64,000 nucleotides of DNA, from contig CP158636.1 in NCBI GenBank assembly GCA_050273025.1, forward strand, positions 4,898,001 to 4,962,000, given 5' to 3'. Position 1 is the first letter of the stretch. Each line of letters begins with the position of its first letter. Below, piece after piece: positions 53,107 through 63,346 of this stretch. The notes under the pieces are model-generated. The model worked only from the letters and a program-made list of their open reading frames with translations. It made no database searches and was not told the origin of the DNA. Made by a program: the position numbers and the translations under genes. The DNA comes from Cenococcum geophilum (taxonomy: Eukaryota).

Positions 53107-55158
53107 ATGGCTTCTAATGATGAAATATCAAATTCTATACCATCTACTAGTATGGAAAGATTAAAAGATAAAAGAAACCCCGAAATCTGGTGCTATATAC
53201 AAGATCCATATAATAATGAGCTAAAAAAATACTAGGATAAGCAATATATTTTATATTGCAAATACTATACGGAAGAACTATATAGCGTAAAGTGTGTTAT
53301 AAATTTCCAGAATTATCTTATAAAGAAGTATGAGATTACTGTTTCTAAAACCCTAAGTGTTGTTTATTAAGGTGCTGAAGAAAAGCTTTAAGATCTATAT
53401 ATGTAGCTTTGTACGAAATATAATTATATAAAGGTTAATTCTCTTGCACTTAAAAACGCTCTTAATAAGAAGGCTATTATGGCTGCCCTTATTTCCCTTA
53501 TTACCGTACGAAATTTTCTACTTTAACTTATTAAGTGGCTAGAGTTCTATATATTCTGCCGGGTCCTTAATCTAGAGGTAGAGGGTTTTATTATAATAAC
53601 TTATACGTAAGTAAGGAAGAGGATTAAAGAATTATAGGAATTAATAAAAGATATTATATGAAAGAAGCTTTAGTCAGCAATATTAAGTATTTATCTATTA
53701 GTTAATATTTGGACCTCTTCTAATTGGCATCTTCTCCTTAGAGTATACGCCTACTTTGTTAAGTAAAACTCAAAAGGACTCTCTAGAGCTCTCCTTGCTC
53801 TTTATACGGTACAATCTTATAGTAGAGATAATTAGTTCTTAACTCTGCTTCCTATACTAAAGGACTACAGGATTATACGAAATCTTAGTATAGTTGTTTT
53901 AGATAATGCGGGAACGAATAATACTCTTTATTATACAATTAAAAAGTATATAAAAGAGGAGGAAGCTATTATATGGAAATCTTTATATAAATAAATCCGT
54001 TATAATGGCTATATTATTAATCTTATTGTCTAAGCCTTTTTTTTAAGGCTGAAGTTAAGTAGATTAATTCGTATAAAGCTAAAGATAAAGATGAAAATTT
54101 TTAAGATATGGGCGCCCTTAGAAAGCCCCATAATATTATTATATATACACGAAGCTCTCTTGGCCGTATAAGGGCTATTAAAGAGCTAGTAGGAAGACGA
54201 ATTCCACTTAATAATTGTATAAGATGGAATAGCTAGTATAAGATATTATAGGTTGCTATTTAATACGAGCCTGCAATAGATTAATATATAAAGAAGTATG
54301 GCTTAGATGATGATTTTCTAAATTCTGTAGACTGGAAACAGCTTTATATAATAATAGGCTTTCTTCTTATCTTTAAGAAAGCAACTCTTATAACTTAAGG
54401 GTATAATGCAATAATCTTAGATATACTTTTTTTAATGGACCTCCTTATGCACTACTTTAAAAACAGCTTAGTAAGGTATATATATTTAGAGGGAGTATAT
54501 ATAGGCTAATATTGTATAATAGGAAGATTATAAAGAAGATAAATTCTTCTGTAAGCGGATTAAGGCTAGTTGGGAGGTATTTAATAAATACTACCTAAAG
54601 TCTAATAAGTCTCCGCTATATGCTATAGCAATTATTCTTTATCTATAACGTTGTACGGAGTATATTAAAGCAAATTAGAGTAAGAAGTGGCGAAAGCTAG
54701 CGCTTAATGTAGTAGAGCAACTTTGGAATAAGTATTAAAGTTAGTATTAAGGCCCCTAGCCTTTACTATAAGAATTAAGTACTGTATTATATAAGAAGGC
54801 CTTATCTAAAGAAGATCTTAATCTATATAAGCAGCTTATTAAGAACCTTAATAAGTTTAATCGCCTAAAGAGCCAAGATAAGTATAAGAACTATATCGCC
54901 GAGAACCTATTTTATATTAAGGTTTCTTCTCTTAAATAATAGTATTAAGATAAGTAATGTAAGCGTTGGCTACGACTCTTATTAATAGCTATTAATATTC
55001 TATTAATTCTAGCTATAAGTAATGACCTAGAGCGGGTATTTTTAGAAGTACGTTGTACGGTTTTATAGGAGCGAGCAAAGCTTAGGGTTAATATAATTAA
55101 GATACTTAAATGCTTAAAAAATTGGAAGTAGAATTAAATGGCAATAGAAGAGTTCTAA
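53107..55158 (+). pseudogene. hAT transposase (BED finger, catalytic domain, C-terminal dimerisation domain), intron ~54471-54522
   Basis: De-RIP FYCKYC...F.NHL.KKH, DIWTS.N, DNAGTND, RC.GHIINL.VQAF, N.TRWNSW, AIDILSIPAMS.DPERVFS. Confidence 0.88.
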
Positions 55159-55329
55159 TAGAGAAGAGTTGATTATACGGATAAGAAAGGGAAAAAAAAT
55201 ACTTTAAGCTAGATACAGAATAGAATAGAATATATATATGTATTTCTTTATACGACACGTAATTATACACTTCTTCTTTATGTAGTACTTCACCTTATTT
55301 AACCTCTCTTCTTTCTTTATCTTTAACCT

Positions 55330-56150
55330 AGCTACTATTAAAACGTAAGTGTCCTAGCTTTATATAAGTATTGCCTAAGCCTCTAGCCTTACTAATATAC
55401 TCTTAACTACCTGCCTTATATAAGTATTAAGTACTAACAAGTAAAGCAGCAACAGTAGTACCACTACTATAACCACCACCACCACTACTACTACTAGTTC
55501 ATTAACTACTAATATGTAAGTATTCTTACTTTATATAAGCATTGCTTAAGCCTCGCCCTTTACTAATCTACCCTAGTTGCTTACTTTGTACGAATACTAA
55601 TATATATATAGGGCCCTTATTCTTTAGGATACCGCCACTGCTACCTAAGCCCTCGCTGCCGCCGCCTAGAACCACTAAGCCCCTGTTTTCTTTATAGGAC
55701 AGTAGCAGTTGGCCTTATATATATATAGTCTACAGGGCCAAGCACTTCTAGCCCTTTCTAGGCAGGATGTGGTGTTTATGCGCGGGAGTATTTACCTATA
55801 TTAGATAGGAATACATCGGCCCTTATATGTTAACGCCATCCTTATATAATCTTGTAGAAGGGTGGTGGATTAACCTTGCCAGCGGTGCCGCGGCGCTATG
55901 CTAGGCCCACGACCCTTCCTGTTATACTATTAGGCTAACGGTTACTTCGGCGGTTACTACGCCAATTATAAATGGCCTGACTATACTAGTTAGTGCACCG
56001 TACGAGACGGGGGTAATAATACACCTGCGCCGGCTAACCGTGGCTTGCCCCTAGCAGGGGGAGGGGGGTCTAGGACGGCGACAGATCCTCTCTTAATAGA
56101 GGATAATAAGCCTAGGGCTACGGCCCAAAATGTAATTGTTTTAGCTTAGG
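55330..56150 (+). pseudogene. DUF3716-like Cys-rich protein carried by hAT H, RIP-degraded
   Basis: 55817-56008 de-RIPs to RPSYVNAILIQSRGRVVDQPCQRCRG..PGPRPFP.C.RA.GHFGGCCANCKWPDH..RCTVRD. Pro-rich N-terminal part; limits approximate. Confidence 0.72.
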
Positions 56151-58719
56151 TATGTACGAATTTTCTCTCTTATATACATTAGCATATAGCTAACTATTAG
56201 GATTATTGGCAGCAACCTATATATACCTAGCTGGTTAGGGGTGTCTCCAGCACCTAGATTTAATCTGTACCTCTATATAGTATCTAGGATAAGTAGCTAT
56301 ATAGCGAAACCAAACAGATTACTATATACACAGTTATATTAGTTTAATTTATTTTAATGTTGCGGAAATATAATTTTCCGGTCTATATTGGCCAATAACC
56401 TAATATTAACCAATATTTTATTGGCTAATAAGCGATATTGGATCTATATCGTATTTGCTTATTTTCGCCTAGCCTGCTCCTTTCACGAAATAAAGTGTCG
56501 CTGAATGAACTCCTTTAGCTCACCAAAGAACTCCTCAATTGGATTTAAATTAGGTGAGTACGCTGGTAAGTATATAAGCTTAACGCCGGCTTGCTTAAAG
56601 AGAGTACGAATATAAACTAAGTAATGGAAGCTCGCGTTATCTATAACGACTACTAATCTTGGTGCTGGATAAGGATTATAATGAGGTAGGAGGACGTGTT
56701 TAATCCAGTAGTTGTAGCCCTCTGCATTTGTTGAGCCACTATATACTAACGATATAAGTACGCCGTTAACGGTATAGGCAGGTAGTATATTAACTCGTGG
56801 CTCACCACGGTTGTACGGTGTATGTAAAACTGGTGTAACTCCTACCGGCGACCAAGACGCCTTCCGTATACCCGTTTTCGAATCAGCTCTAGATTCGTCT
56901 ACAAACACCAACTAATTAATGGTGAACTGTGAGATTATGGCCTAAAATAAGGTACGATCCTCCTGGCTTTGCTTGCGGGCAACTTGGCGAGCCTAATATA
57001 TAATTAGTAACTTCCTCACGCGTAGCTATTAAGGCTTTCTTACTAGCTTCCTACTCTAGCCAGTAACCCTTAGTTCTGTACTAAGTGTCTGCTTGCTTAC
57101 AACGACCTTAAACCGGTTGTAGATAAACTATATTATCTCGTCAAGGTACAAGTTCGGAGCCTCATCTAGTTGGCAGAGTAATGCGACAGTTATTTTAATA
57201 CTCAGTGTACGCCTTAACTTATATTCATGACCGAGCCTTATTTTTCCGTGTAGCCTTATCTTCCTCCAAATACGTTGAATTGCCTTAGGGGAGCAATTGG
57301 CTTGACGGGCGCATATACGCTTACTGGCGCCAGCTACAAGAAGGATTTCAATAAAGGTGTGCTGCCAGTCGCCCATATTTGGAGCCATATTAAGGAAGGC
57401 AACGGGGTAAAACACCACGATCTGGAACAGATATCACGATTTTTGGTGAGGGAAAGAAGTTCAGAATAGCTTCAAATTCGAGCTTCCAGGTCGAAGTGGG
57501 CCGTGGCTCAAGCCCTGGCCATGTACTACACCCCTTCCTGCTAGCTCTACATACTAATTTAGCTGCAGACGTAGCGAAATTAGGTGTGTGTCGCGCGCAC
57601 ACCTTTGGGGGGGGACACCGGAGGTCGGATACCCTGTAGGCGAGCCGTCACCCCAATCAACTTTCTGCACCTTTGCAGCTATATAAATCAACCACGCATT
57701 AAAATACTATCAATATAATAGCTATCCTAGTTCAAGCAGTATCTACAGTACGCTTCTTACACGTACGTGAGTTGTGCCCAGGCTCCCTGCAGCTCCTGCA
57801 GCGCGTAGAGGCCTGCCGGCTCGCACCTGATTGCGCCTCGCCTTAATGCCTTTCGCTCTCTAGCTGCTGCTTAACAGCCTTTTGAGCAATAATCTCCTCT
57901 CCCTCTGCCTTCGTTAATATGCCTCGCTTCTGGATCCGCTTCTTTTTGCGCTATTTACGCTTTAAAGCAGCCTCATTTGCCTTCTCAAGGGTAGAGACCC
58001 GATCCTCAAGCAACGCAGCTAAATGTAGCATTACTTCAGCGCCCTTTTTAAGCTGATTAATTGCTACAATTATAGAAGTAGGTGAGGAGCTCTTATGCCT
58101 TTGAATCCGATTATGAATTAGCGTTGTTTAAGCCTCTAGCTTATAGGCGTTGCTTGGTGTTTTAGACTCCCATGGAGCCTCTGGTAGAGCTAGTAGTGGC
58201 GGCGTATAGAGCCTTACATTAAGCTTTAAGAGCATCACCTCTAGATCATGTGGGACTAGGCCAGCGCCTCGAAAGCTTGCGCAGATATTATCCTTTATAA
58301 TTAACTGTTAATAGGCTGCGCGGAAGGCTGGTAGGAACTTAAGCTTTATAATATGGTTAATGTGATTGCGTATTAGGCTACCAATCTGATTCCTGTACAC
58401 ACGCTTTAACGGCGAAAAGCAGCCAACGTCAAGTGGCTGTAAGAGGTGTGACGAATGTGGCGGCATACAGAGGGTATAGATTTTATTCTCCTTATAAATT
58501 GCCTGGAATTCGAGCGAGTTATAGCTCTCGTGGCCGTTAATAATTAGCAGCTGCCACGCGCCTACTCTACAATCCTTTGTATACGCAATAAAGTGCTGCA
58601 GCTAGGCAACTCCTAGCTCATTGGTGGTCCAGCCATTATCGCTAACTGCAATAGCCTAGTCGCGTGGTATATCTTCCTAGTACCAGGTAAAGAGGTAATA
58701 TTTACCAGCAAAGATAAAC

Positions 58720-61700
58720 ATGCGGATCGTTAGCCCCCTAACGAAAATTTTGACCCGAGTTTATAAAAGCTTAACCCAAGTTTATAATTAATAAGCCAAT
58801 TAATTAACCTAAAGCTTTAATTTAAAGCTTTATATAGAGCTTAATTACTATATACTAGTAGGGGTATAGATTTACTTTACAAATCTTACACCTTTGTCGT
58901 GCTTCGCAGTAGGGGGTAAGCTTTAAGCAAAGCCTTATGTAGAGTTTTAGTAGAGCTTCGTGTAAAGCTTTAGTAGAGCCTTATGCAAAGCTTTGGTAAA
59001 GCCTTGTGTAGAGCTTCGTGCAGAGCCTTGTGCAAAGCCACGTGCAGACATATAGACGTGCAGATATGTAGACGTGTAGACGTGTATACGTGCAGACGTG
59101 TAGATATATAGACGTGCAGACAATTATAGAGCCTTTTTAGTATATTAGTACTACGTATTAGAAAAGCTTTAGAGCTCCGTATTAAGCCCAAAGTAGAGCT
59201 TTAAGTAGAGCTTTAAGCTCAAGGGGGAGACCCCCTTGGACCCCCCCTGCGCACTGCGCACTCTATTCACTACGTGGGCAAAGCTCTTATAGAGACTTTA
59301 GTAGAGCGTTTGGTAGAGCTTTTACAGAGCTTCGCATAGAGGTTCGTGTAGAGCTTTTATAGAGCTTTTACAGAGCTTTAGTAGAGCCTCATGTAGAGCT
59401 TCATGCAGAGCTTCGGTAGAGCTTTATGCAGAGCTTCATGCAGAGCTTTAGTAGAGATTCGTGCAGAGATTCGTGCAGAGATTCGTATAGAGCCTCGGTA
59501 GAGCTTCGTGCAGAGCTTCGTGCAGAGCCTTATACAGAGCCACATGCAGGCGTTCACTTGGGCGATTAACTGCAGAGACATTTGTAGAGATGATCGTATG
59601 GGCAATTATACGGACGTTTAATTGATTAATCGTTTATATAGGCGTTCGTAGAGACGTTTATACGGACAATTATATAGGAAATTATAGAGCCGTTATAAAA
59701 CCGCTGTAGAGCTGTTTATAGAGACGTTCGTAGAGACAATTATAAGACTTTCTAGTATATCTGTGCTGTGTGTTAGTAAAGCTTTAGAGCTCCATATTAA
59801 GCTTCAAGTAGAGCTTTAAGTAAAGCTTTAAGCTTAAGGGGGAGACCCCCTTGGACCCCCCTTGCGCACTACGTGCTCTATTTGCTGTATGGCCAGAGCT
59901 CTTGCAGAGGCCTTAGTAGAGCGTTTGGTAGAGCGTTTGGTAGAGCTTTGGTAGAGCTTCGTGCAGAGCTTCGGTAGAGCCTCGTGCAGAGCTTCGTGCA
60001 GAGCCTTGCGCAGAGCCTTGTGCAGAGCCACATGCAGGCGTTTACACAGGCGATTAACTGTAGAGACGTTTGTAGAGACGATTGTATGGGCGTTTAATTA
60101 ATTGATTGTATAGGCGTTTATACGGGCGTTTGCATAGGCGATTAATCGATTAATTGATTGGTTAATTGTATAGACATTCGTAGAGCCGTTCATAGAGACG
60201 ATCGTACGGGCGTTTGATTGATCGATTGTATGGGGTTCGATTGTGTAGACGTTTGTAGAGCTGTTCGTAGAGCTGTTCGTAGAGCTGTTCGCAGAGCCGT
60301 TTGTAGAGACGATTGTACAGCGATTAATCGTATAGGCGGTTATACGGCTAATTGCAGAATCTTCCTAGTATATTAGTGCTGCGTGTTAGTAGAGCTTTGG
60401 AGCTCCGTATAGGGCTTTAAGTAAAGCTTCGAGCAGAGCTTTAAGCAGAGCTTCAAGAGGGAGACCCCCTTGGACCCCCCTGCGCACTACTCCATTTACT
60501 GCGTGGCCAGTACACTGGGTGGGCAGAGGTGCTGCAAAGCCTTTGGTAGAGCTTTTGGTAGAGCTTTTGCGGAGCTTCGTACGGAGCTTTATGCAGAGCT
60601 CTTGGAGGGCTTTGGTAGAGCTCGACGCAGAGCTTTTACAGGGCTTAACGTTTTAAAGTTCGTCACGTGGATTCTGCTACAACCTACCGCCCGCAAGTTT
60701 TTTTCTAACCAATCAGAAGCTGTTTCCCAACCAATCAGAAGCTGGCTTGGCGGGAGTTTGAATTCCAGGACCCCAACCCGAATATATAGACCACTCGTAC
60801 CTCGGGTCAATAAAGGGCGGGATTACCTACCTAGCCGCGTTAATTCCCTAGATTACCGTAACCCACATCAGGAAAATGTTTATGCCTCCTGACAGTACTG
60901 ACAGGCTCCTAACAGCTCCTGTCAGGGCTGCCAGGATCTCCAGGAGACTCTCACACTCGGTTTCCTGTCAGGAGCCTGTCAGGAGGCCGCCCGGACCAAA
61001 CGGACCAAGCGGACCTCCAGGACCTCCAGGACCATCAGGACCATTAGGACAATTAGGACAATTAGGACAATTAAAATAATTAAAATTCTAGATTTCAAAA
61101 AGAGGTATATTAATACTCCAGTATTTATAGCAGTTAAAATATATAAATTAGGTTAATTTTAGGCCCTATTCTATGTACACGATGCTTTAAGCAATTTAAA
61201 TAATCCAAATCGATCCTTCTTACCTACCACCTATGTCTGTGTCTGTGTCTACTCGGGCGTCGAGCGATTAATTGAGGAGATAAGGGGTAAGGCTCTTGCA
61301 GAGGCTCCAAACCGCTAATTGGCGGTGTTCCCGATGATCTGCCGGCCGTGTACTGATTTCCTAACTAGGCCTAGTACCTGCCTGCCTGCTTGTCCTGCCT
61401 GTCCTGCCTGTCCTGCCTGTCCTGCCTGTCTGACCGTCCTACCTGTTCGTGCCTACCTGTCTGTGCCTGCCTGTCTGTGCCTACCTGTCTGTACCTACCT
61501 ATCTGTGCCTGTCGTGCCTACTTGTCTATGCCTACCTGTCTGTATCTGTAATTCGGGGGAGAGGTCGGCCCGATCGAAGGCTCTGCTTAATTCGATTGGT
61601 CGATTGATCGTATTAATTTGATTGCGATTGATTGTATTAATTCGAATTATTCTATGGGCGTTCGCTGGCTGTACGTTTGAACGGTGGTCGTCTGGGGTGC

Positions 61701-63030
61701 CTCCCTAAGAGGCCTTGATTCAATTTGATTCGGTAACGGGATAATATTGAGGCTCTGGTTCGATTCGATCGATCGATTGAATTGATCGTGGTGTTCGCTG
61801 GCTGGTCGTTTAAACGATTATCGTCTGGCTCTGGCGACGGTCGTCTGGTTCTGGCGACGGTCTCTAGTTCTGGCGACGGTCCTCTCCTACCTGCCTACCT
61901 ACCTACCTACCTACCTACCTACCTACCTACCTACCTGCCTGCCTGCCTGCCTGCCTGCCTATGTATCAGTATCTGATTTAATTCGGGGGAGGGGTCGGCC
62001 CGATCGAAGGCTCTAATTGATTCGAATCGTTCTCTATGGCCGTTCGCTGGCTGTACATTCGAACAGTGGTCGTCTAGGGTGCCTCCCTAGGAGGTCTTAA
62101 TTTGATTTGGTGACGGGCCAATATCGAAGCTTTGGTTCAATTCGATCGATCGATTGAATCGTTCGTGGTGTTCGCTGGCCGGTTATTCGAACGGTCGTCG
62201 TCTGGCTCTGGTAACGGTCATCTGGTTCTAGCGACGGTCGTCTGGTTCTGGCGACGGTCGTCTGGTTCTGGTAACGGTCGTCTGGTTCTGGCGACGGTCG
62301 TCTGGTTCTGGCGACGGTCGTCTGGTTCTGACAACGGTCCTCTGCTAGCTGCCGTTCTGGTGCCTCGCTAGGTAGGGAGGATGTAAGGAAGGAAGGAAGG
62401 GTAAAAAATAAGGTGGCTACATAGGGGGTATACTTGGCAAAGGAACGTGTAGAGGCTATCGGGAATATAGCGGGGACCCGATGCAGAGCTTCGTGTAGAG
62501 CCTCCGTACGCAGAGCTTCGCGCAGAGCCTCGTGCAGAGCCTCTGTACGTAGAGCTTCGTGTGGAGCTTTGTGCAGAGCTTTGTGCAGAGCCTCTGTACG
62601 TAGAGCTTCGTGTAGAGCTTCGTGTAGAGCCTCTGTACGCAGAGCTTCGCGTACATAGGTGTCGCTAGGGTCGTTTGGGGGGGGGGGGCGTTCCTTTCAG
62701 GAGCGTATCAGGATGGTAGGTTCCTTTCAGGAGCGTATCAGGATGGTAGGTTCCTGTCAGGAACGCATCAGGATGGTAGGGTCCTGTCAGGAACGCATCA
62801 GGATAATAAGGTCCTGTCAGGAACGCATTAGGAACGCATCAGGATGATAGGGCCCTGTCAGGAACGCATCAGGATGATAGGTTCCTGTCAGGACGATCAG
62901 GACGATCAGGAAAATCAAAAGTCCTGCCAGGAGCCTGCCAGGAGCCTGTCAGGACGACCAGGACGATCAGGAAAATCAAAATCCTGTCAGGAGGCCTCCA
63001 GGATCTTGGCACCCCAACAAAATGCTGATG
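58720..63030. repeat. 4.3-kb non-coding composite tandem-repeat insertion within the F transposase
   Basis: The transposase frame stops after GNRE (~63033) and resumes at FIFAGKY (~58718). In between are 12-, 9-, 20- and 30-bp arrays plus ~615- and ~430-bp higher-order units. Confidence 0.85.
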
Positions 63031-63209
63031 CACTCGCGATTGCCTAGCTGGATTCCCTTTAGCCTGCCACGCCTCTCTAAGCCAGTTACAACTAGCTACG
63101 GCGATATCTTGCCCATTATAAAGCCAGTCTCATCAAAATTGTAGGTATCCCCATCCTATATACCGTACGTAGCCTTAGTACGCGCTATAAGCTTAAACTA
63201 GGCCCCTAT

Positions 63210-63346
63210 CCCTTGACACGGCAATTTGGGTCCTCAGGCTATCGATAAGAATCGACCAATCGGAAAAGCTGGGTTAATATAAATATCCAATTGAATCCGG
63301 TCGTCAATATAAGCGAACTTGGCAAAGGACCCTGCCGTGTCAAGGG
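63210..63346. mobile_element. 137-bp MITE with 14-bp perfect TIR CCCTTGACACGGCA
   Basis: Interrupts the F transposase at EDPMAI|GAWF. Removing it with one AT copy restores the reading frame. Confidence 0.85.

Larger units (their letters stand above)
52951..56471 (+). mobile_element. hAT-family transposon H (3521 bp)
   Basis: 13-bp TIR TAGGCGAAAATAA / TTATTTTCGCCTA; clustered CCAATAT subterminal repeats (52970-53045, 56385-56440); hAT transposase inside. Confidence 0.88.
52812..57388 (-). pseudogene. DDE_3 transposase of G (57388-56472 and 52950-52812; intron 56993-57043), split by hAT H
   Basis: LYLDE, VFVDES, IDNASFH, YLPAYSP.LNPIEEFFGELK. C-terminal F.SFL.WC.EI.G....ARAHF.HSG lies beyond the hAT. 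Confidence 0.9.
50663..57636 (-). mobile_element. Long-TIR Tc1/IS630-like (Ant1-type) transposon G with two convergent genes
   Basis: ~227-bp TIRs 50663-50889 and 57411-57636; TA TSD (50661-50662, 57637-57638); inserted inside the TIR of F. Confidence 0.93.

Noticed and set aside
60662..60669. GTCACGTG as CDEI of a point centromere
   Set aside because: No AT-rich CDEII or CDEIII follows, and RIP-competent filamentous fungi have regional centromeres.
59221..62900. Regularly spaced repeats as a CRISPR array
   Set aside because: Eukaryotic RIP context, no unique equal-length spacers and no cas genes.
58970..63047. Repetitive peptides (LCTKL, ASCRAS, CQERIRM, CPACPA, GPPGP)
   Set aside because: Stop-free translations of tandem repeats, with no evidence of coding.
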